A stretch of DNA of 64,000 nt from a virus (lineage: Duplodnaviria > Caudoviricetes): the IMG/VR virus record IMGVR_UViG_3300037295_000263, positions 1 to 64,000 of that record. One strand, given 5' to 3'. The notes under the pieces are model-generated. The model was not told where the DNA came from. It did not search any database and saw nothing but the letters and a program-made list of their open reading frames with translations. Within the stretch, counting starts at the first letter, position 1. Every line of letters begins with the position of its first letter. This document shows positions 1-11,800 of the stretch, piece by piece. The translations under genes were made by a program, and so were the position numbers.

Positions 1-380
1 GTTTGACTTCCAACGATAGTGGGGCTACGCAGTGTCATTGTACCAGTAGTCGCACCTGCGTTAAATGCTGTTGCTGAACCACCAATGTTTAATGTAGTGG
101 CTGTGGTATTAAATAACGATTGAGTTGGTTGACTCCCGACAATAGTTGGACTACGCAGTGTCATTGTACCAGTAGTCGCACCTGCATTAAATGCTGTTGC
201 TGCTCCTCCGATGTTTAATGTAGTGGCAGTAGCATTGAACAAGTTTTGCGTTGTTTGACTTCCAACGATAGTGGGGCTACGCAGTGTCATTGTACCAGTA
301 GTCGCACCTGCGTTAAATGCTGTTGCTGCTCCTCCGATGTTTAATGTAGTGGCTGTGGTATTAATCAAATTAAACGTAGC
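1..380 (-). repeat. 126-nt (42-aa) coding tandem repeat, about 3 copies, plus a dispersed copy near 1390-1510
   Basis: ctacgcagtgtcattgtacc recurs at 25, 151 and 277 (period 126) and again at 1414. Confidence 0.9.
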
Positions 381-3300
381 TTGGTTGGTTGTTAAATCTC
401 CACCCCTAACTTCTACATCTCCAACAAATATACCGTTACCTATATTTGTAATTCGAAGTGCCTCCGATGCGGCTGCACCTGCTGCCATAGTTTTAAATAC
501 TAAATCAAAATCTTCACTTGCTCCAGTAATATCAGTTGCAACCGATTCAATAGTGGAACCTATTTCATTATTGTTAACTGTAGTTTCAGTTATAAATTGT
601 AATCCAGTTCCAATTCCATTAGCAGGTGTTCCTGAAGTAGTATGTTGTAGCTTAACTGGATAACTAATATTGTTGGTTACTGCATCCTCTACCGTGAATA
701 GCACAGTATTAGGAACGCTAACGCTGTTGGAATTAAAAATTATACTATCAGTACTAACATCTCCTAGCGTACTATTACCATTGACTAATAAATTATTTCT
801 TATGGTAGTTGTGCCACTAGTAGCACCCATCGTAATAGTAGTTGCTGCTTGTGCAAGATTCAATGTGACCGTGTTTGCATTAAAAATGCTGCTTGCACCT
901 GTCGATGTTGTTGTGATGTCGGCTCCGGAAACTTCCAAATCGCCAGAAACTACAGTATTAGCATTTCGAATTGTAGTTGTACCACTAGTAGCACCAATAG
1001 TTACAGCAGTGCCTGCTCCAAATAAGTTACCCGTTGTCGCTGTTGTGTTAGCCAAGTTAAATGTGCCAGTGCTGACTGTTAAATCACCACCATCGATGTT
1101 GACATCACCGTCTACATCTAAATTATTTCTGATATTGGTTGTGCCACCAGTAGCCCCAATCGTCAACGTAGAAGCCGCTTGAGCAAAGTTCACAGTGGTA
1201 GCAGTTGTGTTGGCCAAGTTAAAAGTTGTAGTACCAACTGTCAAATCGCCACCATCAATATCTAAATCACCTGTTACCGTTAGATTATTTCTAACTGTAG
1301 TTGTACCAGTAGTGGCACCCAAGGTCAATAACGTTGCTGCTTGGGCAAAATTCATTGTAGTAGCAACAGTGTTAAACAAGTTTTGCGTTGTTTGACTTCC
1401 AACGATAGTGGGGCTACGCAGTGTCATTGTACCACTAGTCGCACCTGCATTAAATGCAGTTGCTGCTCCGCCAATGTTTAGTGTAGTAGCCGTAGCATTG
1501 AACAAGTTTTGTGTTGCTACTGCTCCGACTAGTGTACTACTATTGATTGTCACCGATCCTGCGTTAGACGACCCTATGTTAATGTTAGTCGTTGAGCCAC
1601 TTATACCGCCGGTTCCTAAATTAAGCGTTTTAATAGTAGCATTGGCAGTTGCGCCTGTACCGAAATTGTAAGTACTAGCCCCCGTAGAACCACTTCCTAT
1701 CGAAACTGTTTGTGCTGCTACAGAAGAAGCAAGATTTAATGTTGTAGCTGCTCCAAACGCATTTAAAGTTGTTGCGGTAGTATTAAACAATGAAAAAGAT
1801 GCGCTATTAGTTAGTAAACTAGTAGTAAATGTAGGGCTAGTAGCAAACACCAACGCGCCAGAGCCAGTTTCATCACTGATTATTCCTGCCAATTGTACGC
1901 TTGTGGTTGAGGCAAACTGACTTAAATTGCCAGTAGTGGCCAATGTTCCTGATGTTGGTAATATAACTGATGTATTGGCAGTAGTATTCAACGTCAGAGA
2001 ATGTGCGCCTACATGTGCAAAATTTCCACCTATTGTAAATGTTCTTCCACCGTTGTTAACACCTGTTCCGCCGTAGGTAGAATCTATTATTGTGCCTTGC
2101 CATCTTCCTGATCCAATAGTACCCACAGTAGTTAAGCTTGATGAGACAACACTACTGCCTAGCGTAGTCGAACTTAATACATCCGATTGATTTATTTTGT
2201 AAGTTCTACCATTTGCCAAGTCAAAATTTTCTGAACTAGTCCATGCAGTATTTGCACTAGACCAATTGATAGTTTTATCAGTAGTTCCTTTAAGTGTTAT
2301 ACCACCTCCGTCTGCTGTAATATTAGTCGGAGTAGCAACACTGCCTAGTTCTATATTTTTATCGTCTACTGTCAACTCTGTAGAATTAATAGTAGTTGTT
2401 GTTCCATTTACCACCAGGTTGCCGGCAACTACAACGTTGCCACTACTTTTACCGATGTTAACAGTATCTGCTGCCCCGCCGATGTTTAGTGTAGTAGCTG
2501 TTGTGTTAATCAAGTTAAATGTAGTTTGACTTGTAGTCAAATCTCCACCGTTGACAGCAACATCTCCTGACACTAACAAGTTAGCAACCCCGTTTGCGAC
2601 CGGAACTACCGTCATTGCATCATACACTGTACTACCGGATGGGGTAAATCTCCAACGCCATTGTTCTTGATTATTATCGTCAGTTAGATTAAAGTCGAAA
2701 TAGGTGCTACTTCCATTAATTGTAGTAGATATCGACGCACTATCGCCGGCGCTTGCAGCAAAATTTATTGTTGATACATCGGATATAACAGGAACACTTA
2801 AACTTCCGCCCGATGGTATCGCTGTTAATCCTGTGCTGGTAAATCTAATTCTTTCAGCTGCTGCTCCGCCTGCTGCCATAGTTTTGATTACTAAATCAAA
2901 ATCTTCACTAGTTGCAGTCACGTCTGTGGTTACTGCTTCGATCACTGCACCAATTTCATTATTACCGTTTGCAGTTTCTGTTGCAAAGTTTATGCCAGTA
3001 CCGATTCCATTTGCAGGAGTTCCACTAGTAGTGTGTCTAAACGTTACAGGGTAGCTGATTGCATTATTTGTAGCATCATCTTCGGTAAACGTAATTGTAT
3101 TAGGTAAATTAACGGTGCTGGCATTAAAAGTAACTTCGTCGCTTGTATTATCGCCCAACGTAGCACTGCCATTAACAGATAGATTATTTCGAATTGTTGT
3201 TGTTCCAGTAGCTGCTCCTACTGTTAGTGTTGTAGCTGCTCCTAGTACGTTTGCTGTAGTAACTACACTGTTTAATAAATTAAAAATAGTTGCGCCAGTA

Positions 3301-5852
3301 GTTAAGTCACCACCATTTACTGCCAAGTCACCAGTAACAACAGTATTGGCATTTCGAATAGTAGTTGTACCGATAGTAGCACCAATAGTTACAGCAGTGC
3401 CTGCTCCAAATAAATTACCAGTAGTTACTGTGCTGTTTAATAAATTAAAAGTAGTTGCGCCGGTGGTTAAGTCACCACCATTTACTGCCAAGTCACCAGT
3501 AACAACAGTATTGGCATTGCGAATTGTTGTTGTACCGATAGTAGCACCAATAGTAACTGCAGAGCCTGCTCCAAATAAATTACCAGTAGTTACTGTGCTG
3601 TTTAATAAATTAAAAGTATTTTGATTAGTTGTTAAGTCGCCACCGTTGATGGCTAAATCACCAGTAACAACAGTATTGTCATTTTTTATTGTTAGTACAC
3701 CGGCAGATCCGGCAGATCCAATGTTAACAGTAGTTGCAGCGCCAAATAAATTACCAGTTGTTACTGTATTATCCAGTAAATTAAAAATAGTTGCGCCAGT
3801 AGTTAAGTCGCCGCCATTTACTGCCAAATCACCAGTAACAACAGTATTGGCATTCCGAATAGTAGTTGTGCCAGTAGTAGCACCAATAGTTACAGCAGTG
3901 CCTGCTCCTGCGAAATTTACCGCAGAAGTAGTCGAGTTTAATAGATTAAAAGTGGTCTGCGAAGAAGATAACGATCCGCCATTAACATTAGCGTTGCCGG
4001 TAATGGTTGTTGTAGCATTCCGTATAGTAGTTGTACCTGTAGTGGCACCGATAGCGACTGCTGTACCTGCTCCTGCCATATTAACCGTGGTTGCTGTTGC
4101 ATTAACTAGATTAAATGTAGTTTGATTAGTTGTTAAATCTCCTCCGCGTACATCTACATCTCCTAATAATATCAAATTAGGATTTTGTATAGTAGTTGTG
4201 CCTGAAGTAGACCCTAAAGTCAGCGCGGTAGCTGCTCCGAACGCATTAACAGTAGTAGCAGTTGTGTTGGCCAAGTTAAATGTGCCAGTACTGACAGTTA
4301 AGTCTCCGCCGTCGATGTCTAAGTCGCCAGTTACATTTAAATTATTTCTAATATTGGTTGTGCCAGTAGTAGCACCCATAGTCAATGTAGTTGCTGCTCC
4401 TGCAAAGTTTACTGTAGTAGCAGTTGTATTAATTAAATTAAATGTTGACTGACTAGTACTTAAATCGCCATTGCCGATAGTAAGTCCGCCGTTTACTGCA
4501 ATATTTCCTGTACTAGTAAATCTAATTTTTTCACTAGGTGCTGCACCGTTAGTCATTAATTTAAAAACTAAATCAAAATTTTCACTACCGCTTGCAACCG
4601 ACGTAGAAACTGACTCGACTATCGCTCCTATTTCGTTATTGTTATTTCCTGTTTCAGTAATAAATTGTATACCAGTGCCAATTCCATTAATTGGTACTCC
4701 ACTAGTAGTATGCTGAAGTATCGCAGGATACGCTATGTTATCATTTACTGCGTCATTTTTTGTAAGCGTTACTGAGTTAGGAACATTAATAGTTCCTGCA
4801 TTGATGGTTACCGAGTTTGCTTCGATACTGCCAAGTTCAACAATGCCGTCTGCTTTAAACGAGTTTTTAACAGTAGTAGTACCAGTTCCTGCAGTGGCTC
4901 CTAAATTTAAACTAGTTGCGGCGCCTGCTAAATTTACAGTTGTGGCCGTTGAATTAACTAAATTAAAAGTAGTTGCGCCAGTAGTTAAGTCGCCGCCATT
5001 TACTGCTAGGTCGCCAGTAACAACAGTATTGGCATTCCGAATAGTAGTTGTGCCTGTAGCTGCACCAATAGTTACAGCAGTGCCTGCTCCAAATAAATTG
5101 CCAGTAGTAACCGTGCTGTTTAATAAATTAAAAGTAGTTGCACCGGTAGTTAAATCGCCACCATTTACTGCCAAATCACCAGTAACAATAGTATTGGCAT
5201 TGCGAATTGTTGTTGTACCAGTAGTAGCACCCATAGTCAATGCAGAAGCTGCTTGAGCAAAGTTTACATTGGTAGCAGTTGTATTGGCCAAGTTAAATGT
5301 GCCAGTACTGACAGTTAAGTCTCCGCCGTCGATGTCTAAGTCGCCAGTTACATTTAAATTATTTCTGATGTTAGTTGTACCAGTAGTGGCACCGAGCGTA
5401 ACAGAAGTACCTGCGCCAAACGCATTAACAATAGTAGCAGTTGTATTGACCAAGTTAAATGTGCCAGTACTAACTGTTAAGTCACCACCGTCAATGTTAA
5501 CATCTCCGTCTACATCTAAATTGTTGTTAACGTTGGTAGTTCCGGATGCTGATCCAATTTGAATATTAGTAGCAGTTCCTGCTAAATTTACCGTAGTAGC
5601 TGTAGTATTGACTAGATTAAATGTCGCAGAAGTTGTGGTTAAATCGCCACCATTTAATGCCAAGTCTCCGGAGAGAATGGAATTATTTCCAACATTTAAA
5701 TCAGTTCCAACATAGAGCTTTTTTTCTATGCCGACTCCGCCTTCTACTACAAGAGCTCCAGTATCCTTACTTGACGCATCTGTTATTTCATTGATAACTG
5801 CGTTTTCTGTGACCACAAGGCCATTCTTTACTACAAAATCTGTCGTTGCCAT
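1..5852 (-). CDS. Giant repeat-rich tail-fibre-like virion protein, 3' end truncated by the window (>1950 aa)
   Basis: Not in the ORF track because no stop falls inside the window. ATG at 5852 (MATTDFVVKNGLVVTENAV...) with GGAGAGGG upstream. The frame read at 273-380 (ATFNLINTTATTLNIGGAATAFNAGATTGTMTLRSP) is the same frame, and all + strand shadow ORFs from 271 to 5728 share one register. It is Thr/Gly/Asn/Ala-rich with 55-aa and 42-aa repeats. Confidence 0.85.
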   Translation of the reverse strand, partial: MATTDFVVKNGLVVTENAVINEITDASSKDTGALVVEGGVGIEKKLYVGTDLNVGNNSILSGDLALNGGDLTTTSATFNLVNTTATTVNLAGTATNIQIGSASGTTNVNNNLDVDGDVNIDGGDLTVSTGTFNLVNTTATIVNAFGAGTSVTLGATTGTTNIRNNLNVTGDLDIDGGDLTVSTGTFNLANTTATNVNFAQAASALTMGATTGTTTIRNANTIVTGDLAVNGGDLTTGATTFNLLNSTVTTGNLFGAGTAVTIGAATGTTTIRNANTVVTGDLAVNGGDLTTGATTFNLVNSTATTVNLAGAATSLNLGATAGTGTTTVKNSFKADGIVELGSIEANSVTINAGTINVPNSVTLTKNDAVNDNIAYPAILQHTTSGVPINGIGTGIQFITETGNNNNEIGAIVESVSTSVASGSENFDLVFKLMTNGAAPSEKIRFTSTGNIAVNGGLTIGNGDLSTSQSTFNLINTTATTVNFAGAATTLTMGATTGTTNIRNNLNVTGDLDIDGGDLTVSTGTFNLANTTATTVNAFGAATALTLGSTSGTTTIQNPNLILLGDVDVRGGDLTTNQTTFNLVNATATTVNMAGAGTAVAIGATTGTTTIRNATTTITGNANVNGGSLSSSQTTFNLLNSTTSAVNFAGAGTAVTIGATTGTTTIRNANTVVTGDLAVNGGDLTTGATIFNLLDNTVTTGNLFGAATTVNIGSAGSAGVLTIKNDNTVVTGDLAINGGDLTTNQNTFNLLNSTVTTGNLFGAGSAVTIGATIGTTTIRNANTVVTGDLAVNGGDLTTGATTFNLLNSTVTTGNLFGAGTAVTIGATIGTTTIRNANTVVTGDLAVNGGDLTTGATIFNLLNSVVTTANVLGAATTLTVGAATGTTTIRNNLSVNGSATLGDNTSDEVTFNASTVNLPNTITFTEDDATNNAISYPVTFRHTTSGTPANGIGTGINFATETANGNNEIGAVIEAVTTDVTATSEDFDLVIKTMAAGGAAAERIRFTSTGLTAIPSGGSLSVPVISDVSTINFAASAGDSASISTTINGSSTYFDFNLTDDNNQEQWRWRFTPSGSTVYDAMTVVPVANGVANLLVSGDVAVNGGDLTTSQTTFNLINTTATTLNIGGAADTVNIGKSSGNVVVAGNLVVNGTTTTINSTELTVDDKNIELGSVATPTNITADGGGITLKGTTDKTINWSSANTAWTSSENFDLANGRTYKINQSDVLSSTTLGSSVVSSSLTTVGTIGSGRWQGTIIDSTYGGTGVNNGGRTFTIGGNFAHVGAHSLTLNTTANTSVILPTSGTLATTGNLSQFASTTSVQLAGIISDETGSGALVFATSPTFTTSLLTNSASFSLFNTTATTLNAFGAATTLNLASSVAAQTVSIGSGSTGASTYNFGTGATANATIKTLNLGTGGISGSTTNINIGSSNAGSVTINSSTLVGAVATQNLFNATATTLNIGGAATAFNAGATSGTMTLRSPTIVGSQTTQNLFNTVATTMNFAQAATLLTLGATTGTTTVRNNLTVTGDLDIDGGDLTVGTTTFNLANTTATTVNFAQAASTLTIGATGGTTNIRNNLDVDGDVNIDGGDLTVSTGTFNLANTTATTGNLFGAGTAVTIGATSGTTTIRNANTVVSGDLEVSGADITTTSTGASSIFNANTVTLNLAQAATTITMGATSGTTTIRNNLLVNGNSTLGDVSTDSIIFNSNSVSVPNTVLFTVEDAVTNNISYPVKLQHTTSGTPANGIGTGLQFITETTVNNNEIGSTIESVATDITGASEDFDLVFKTMAAGAAASEALRITNIGNGIFVGDVEVRGGDLTTNQATFNLINTTATTLNIGGAATAFNAGATTGTMTLRSPTIVGSQTTQNLFNATATTLNIGGAATAFNAGATTGTMTLRSPTIVGSQPTQSLFNTTATTLNIGGSATAFNAGATTGTMTLRSPTIVGSQ
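3300..3900 (-). repeat. 165-nt (55-aa) coding repeat array, unit DLAVNGGDLTTGATTFNLLNSTVTTGNLFGAGTAVTIGATTGTTTIRNANTVVTG
   Basis: Equivalent positions at 3316, 3481, 3646 and 3817 (periods 165, 165, 171), and again at 4999 and 5164. Confidence 0.9.
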
Positions 5853-5877
5853 CGGTTTCCCTCTCCACCGTTACGTA

Positions 5878-5883
5878 TATTTA
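5878..5883 (-). promoter_or_regulatory. Putative late promoter TAAATA
   Basis: TAAATA immediately after the stop of the 2368-aa gene and 26 nt before the ATG at 5852. It resembles the T4 late promoter TATAAATA. Confidence 0.6.
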
Positions 5884-8800
5884 TTAGATTGTTTGGATTG
5901 TTCGTGCTAGCTTTACCTTAATAGTGTTGCCTGTAGTAGCTTGTGCTAAAATCCTTACATTTCCGCCGCTAATATCTGTTGTAAATGTTACTAAATTATT
6001 ACCTGTCCTTATTACTGCATAATCAGTTAATGTACTAATAGAATTATTGTGAATTACCAATATCTCGCTAGTTTGATAACTGTTAGCATCTGTGCCTGCA
6101 GTACATGTTACTTGCAATGTGTACTTACCTGACCTATATCCGCCAGCAGACCAGCTGTCAACTGGGGTTGCCGATGCACTTGTGATTCCAATAACTTCAT
6201 TTGTAGTAGTTAATGAATGATCGTTAAGATTTATTGATCCTACATACACTTGACCCACGGTACCGCTGACTACTTCTGCATTAATAGTGCCGTCTGGTAC
6301 AAAAGTGAACGCATTTTTACTATCATCAAAACCAAAGAATCCAGTTTTTGCACTTCCGGCACCAAACCATTGGAAACTTATTCCACGATCTTTATTATCA
6401 TCGATTACCGGAGCAGTATCGCCTCCCAAATTAAAGATAGGATCATCTATGGATATGTTAGTGCTGTTGATAGTTACTGTAGTACCATCTACTTGCAAGT
6501 CGCCTTTGACTAGTAATTTGTTTCTTATTGTAGTTAAGCCGGTAGTTGCACCTACTATCAATGCCGTTGCTTCGCCTGCAAAATTAACGGCAGTGGCTGT
6601 GTTGTTTATTAAATTAAAAGTAGTTTGATTAGTAGTTAAATCTCCACCTTTTATTTGCAGGTCTAAATCGACTACTGCATTATTCTTAATAGTAGTTGTT
6701 CCACTTGCAGATCCAATGTTAACCGCAGAAGCTGCCCCTGCAAAATTAACAGTTGTTGCAGTGTCATTAATCAAAGGAAATACTAACTGATCAGTAGTAA
6801 TTCCTGTTGAACTGTTTGCTTTAACAGTATTTCTGACATCAACTACTGTGGTAAAAATACTATTTCCTAAATTATCGATAGTTAATCTTAAAGTAGGCGA
6901 TTGTTGCACTGCGCTCGACGTTAGCATGTTGCCTGTACTAACTATAAAGTCTCCGCCTGCTGCATTTCCAGTACTCAACCCAGGCTGCAATGTAAGATCG
7001 CCGCCTTGAACGTTATTGCCTACTGCATTTTCTCCTTTTATAGTAGCTGATGTTGGAGATAATCCAGCTTCACTGCTACCGACTACTAAACTTGTATTTC
7101 TAATCAATAAAGAACTTAGTTTTTCAACGGTGCCTGCAACAGGTATCTGTGCAGCAGTAACATTACTTGCAGTACGTACGGTAATACTTGATGCAGAAAT
7201 GTCGGCGCCTGTTACAGGCCATGTTCCGTTTAAGTTGGTAATTCCACTAGATACAATTTTAATTTGATCACCTAGTTTAACTCCTATCGACACTGGAGTT
7301 TCAGAAAAAGTCAAAGATGTTAACGATGCTACTGAACCTGTTAACGGTTTACTAATGTATGCACTGTTTGCAGTAACTCCGACAATTACAGTATTGGCTT
7401 GAATACTTGCTGATCCAGTAATTACTTGTCCAACTCTAATTAATGTAGTGTTTGAAAATCTTAATTCTATATCTCCATTATTTGAAGTTGCATTAGTAGT
7501 AACTTGCTGACTTTTTAAATTAACTGTTACACTGGTGCTTGCAATTGCTTCATAATTGTTTACTTGGCTAGTTAATATCGACGAGCTGGTATTGCCTAAC
7601 GCAATTGTTGAAGCCGATCCACCGATGTTAACAGACAATGGATTTGTATCGAACAGTTGTGCTGTGGATTTTGAATTAGTAGTTACGTCACCTGAACGAA
7701 CGTGTATATCTCGTGCAACGTCTAATCGAGTACTCCACTGCGGTGCTGTACCGGTACTGGTCAATATACTGTTGGGCCTCCCAATACTTAAAGTACCAAG
7801 TGTACCTGAGGTCTGTGCATAAATTAAATCACCTGTATTATATGCAGATAAATTTGTTCCACCGCGGTTTACAGGGACAGGAGAAGTTAAGTTAGCAGGG
7901 TTTAAAAAGTAACTAGAATCAAAACCATCAAGAGTGCCGGCATCTATAACACCATCTCTAATATAAACTTGTCCTTGCTCTATTCCTGTACCAACAAAAA
8001 ATTGTGTTTTTAAGAACTTAGCAACACCTGCATTAGTATATAAACTATCTCCCAAACTGCTGTTGACTCGTTCTATATCAAGAACGACATTTCCGTAGTA
8101 GTTTCCGGAAATATTAGGACCAGTTAATGTTAATGGGGAGTTGGCGTTTTCAGATAAGGTCTGAACAGCCACACTCCACGAACTATCTCCTCGAAGAAAT
8201 GTATCAGTATTTGCTGATCCTGAACTACCTAATCGAGAAGTAGAAATAGTTCCACTTATAATATTGGCAGCATCTATGTTAGTTACTGCCAAGCTATTCC
8301 AATTGGGCTTATTTCGTGAACTAGTATTCACTACATCGGTCACTCTAACGTTTGACGGTGTAAATGTAGCTGTACTATTTCCCGTAGTTTCGATAACTTC
8401 AGGATTAATAGTTAACCCGTTGATGCTACTTAATGCATCACTACGCAACGAGTGTAGTGTAAAACTGTTAACTGTTAAAGATCCTACAAAGTAGCTGTTG
8501 CCTGTTTGCGGTATCTGTATTCCTTCGATAGTAGGTAGGTCGTTTCCTTTTATCGTTACTGCATCGCCGGTAGTATAGCCGTGCGCTTCGACAAAGAAAG
8601 AGTCATCTGTTAAATTAACAGTGTATCGGGTTAAACTATGTAATCCAGTTCCTGTTGACAAAATGTTAAGTTTATTTAATAATGAATAATCTTCATAAAG
8701 TTCAATAGTGTTTAAGTCTATAACTTTTGCATAGTAAACATTGTTGTTTAACATGCCGCCTAATGGTGTATTAGGGCTGCTACTGTACGTTAAGGGATCA

Positions 8801-11800
8801 CCGCTGGTAAGAGCATGTCCTGTAATTGTAATTTCTTCTGTAGACGTATTAACGTTTGTTGATGCGTTAAAAGTGTTAATCAGCGAATCTGTCAAGTTTA
8901 CTACCGTTGCCAACGCATTATTATCTCGGATAAAATCAATACTGCCTGCTGTAGCAACAAATAATTCTCCGCCTAGGATGTCGATAAAGATACGCTTTTC
9001 TACAGACACTACATCTATTTCAAAATTGCTACCGGTACCGCCGATATCCGACGAGTTAACTGATAAGGTATCTCCTGTAGAATAATCCAAACCACCGCGT
9101 CTTAAATCAACGTCAATAACTTCCCCATCGGCTACTGTGATATCGGCTTTTGCTCCGTTACCACTACCAGTAACTGATGTCAAAGAAACTAATTCATATG
9201 TTTGAGAACCAGCAGCAGGAGTATATCCAGATCCAACAGTGATATTAATATTGTCCACGTTTGATAGAACGCCAAAGTTTAACTGTGTTATTTCTCCTTG
9301 AGCTCCACTATCTGCCGCCGACACTACACTGTTGACCGTTCCTGAAGCAGATATAGTCGAAACATCGGCTCCTGTGTTAGGATAGCTAAACGTTGTAGCA
9401 TTGATTACTGTTACGTCGGTAACTTTGTTAAAAGTATCGTTACTGCAGGTAATTTTAATTCTACTAGTTGCCGTAAGACCGTGAGGTGCAGAGGTAACTA
9501 TTGTCGAAATATTGCTTACACGCGCTATAGAACTAATGCTAGCGTTAGTAAACGAGTATATTGCTGATACATCTAACTTTAAAAACTGGCTTTCATTCGA
9601 ACTTCTTAAGAAAAAGTTTTCAATTATTTCTGACACTATTCCAATAACTGTAGGAATAGCACCTGTAGGGGATCCTGCAATACTAATTGTATTAGTGGTA
9701 TCGAACGGATTAATAAAAGTTTTGTCAATACTGGCTACTAATACATTTAAACTATTTGTATAATTTCCTTTTAAATATCCAGTAGCACCACTAGTAGCTT
9801 GAATAACAAGGTCTCCGTCAACACCTGATACTGTGCTATCCAACGTTAGTTCTACTTGCTCGTATTCTTCTGTAGCAATGTCTCCTGCTGTCAAGTCTAA
9901 CGAAGGGACTTCTTGTACTTGCAGTAATCTAGACAAATATCCAGGACTAACTGTTGATTGGAATGCTCGTGTAGCGGGAATTAAATCGGTGTTTATTTGA
10001 CCGTTTGTGTTTAGTTGTACCAAAGCTCCCGGTACTGCGTTTGTTGACACACTTTTATCAATAAAATTGCCTAGTCTATTTGACAAAAACGACCTAATTG
10101 ATAGTTGCGTACTTAATCGAGTATGGCTTGCTCCGCCAATCTCGTCGTCGCCTAAATTTACGTTAGTCGAAATTTCATTGATTACTACGTCGGATACCGA
10201 TAACCGTAATGCATCCAATTCGTCAACAGTTACTTTATTTCTAAAAGTAATATTACCCGTTCTATTATATGCAGTAATAAAGTCGCCGACCTTGAAGTCG
10301 CCTAATTCGTTTGTTCCTGAAGTATAAACTCTTCCTGGTAATTCTGCAAATTGTTCAAATCGTTCGCGAGTGTTGCCGCCGTTTTGCGGCAATGCGTTAT
10401 AGTCTGTTCCTGATCCAGCATATTCCCAAGTATGTGCCGATGAGTTAACTACACTTGGCCTGTGAAACCATATTTGCTTTTCAGTTAATCCAGTAGTAGT
10501 TAATGCACCTCCAGTTTTTGTACTAGAAATAGTAAATCTAGCACTGCCTCGTCCTACAACTGATGCTGTTCCGGTTATCCCAATAGAAGTAACTGGCGAA
10601 GGTGCAGTGTGATCTTGATTGATAAAACTAGTATTGTCGAATAAATTACGAATTGTCGAAGAACCGATAGTAACTTCGTTCACTGAAACTACTAATTTTC
10701 TGTCAACTGCATTATAACTATAAACATACGCACTGTTAGGTGCCGATCCAGTTGTTCCAGTAATTAGCCTACCAGGCACAAAGTGGTAAGTGCCAACTGA
10801 TAAGAATAACTCTTGATATATCGAATGGCTTTCTAAAATTTCATTTACATAAAATTCTTGCAGATCACTGATCAACTTGTGAGTGCTAGTGCCCAGAGAT
10901 AAAAGATTTACATCGAACTCTAAACTATCGTCGAATGTTAAACTAAATTCGTCTGTTGTAATTAATTTAATATAATACGTCTGCTCGTTATCTAGGCCGC
11001 CGACTGGAGTATTACCATCGCTATTGTATATAACTGCATCGCCATTATTAAATCCGTGATCAATAATTGTAAAAATATTAGTAACAATATCAATGTCGTC
11101 TTCCGCGTTAAACGTAAATTCTGCAGAAGCAGGTTTGTATGTATTTGTTATATCGCTAATACTGGTAACATCAACTACTTCAGGCGCTGCATCCGGATCG
11201 TTTACTATGTCAGAGACAATATCAAATTTGCTGCCGGTATAATTACTCAACGATGTTTTTATTGATACAACATCTTGCGCTAGATCTCTAACTTTATTTA
11301 AGGCTGCAATTGTTTCGTCTTTTCCTACAAGTAATTGCAAGAATCCCGAATGGTACAAAGTACCTACTTCTATAGTTTTAGAGTTACCTCCCGAGTAAAC
11401 ATCGCTTGCCACCGCATCGATAACTATATGCAAGTTATTTGAAAATATAGCTTCGTCGTAGATAAAACTACTGGTAAATGGCGATATGTCATTGCTTATT
11501 TGAGAATTAATCCAGCTAACTGTATCTGCAGTTAGCAAGTCTTTGTTGGCATACAATAAATCATAAACATATTTGTATTCCGGATCTCGGAATCTAGTAA
11601 CAAATTCTTCAACTGGGTCTTTTCTACCTAGTCCGATTACATTAATAGTTTGTTCGGCACCACTTGAACCAGTTTCAGTAATGTATCCCCGATCAAATTC
11701 AAACGCTCCTGGGTTATATCCGCTAGAACGTAACGAATACAATCCAAAGTTAGTTGCAGAGTTAGTGATTGAAACATAACCACCGCTTTGTGTATAAACT

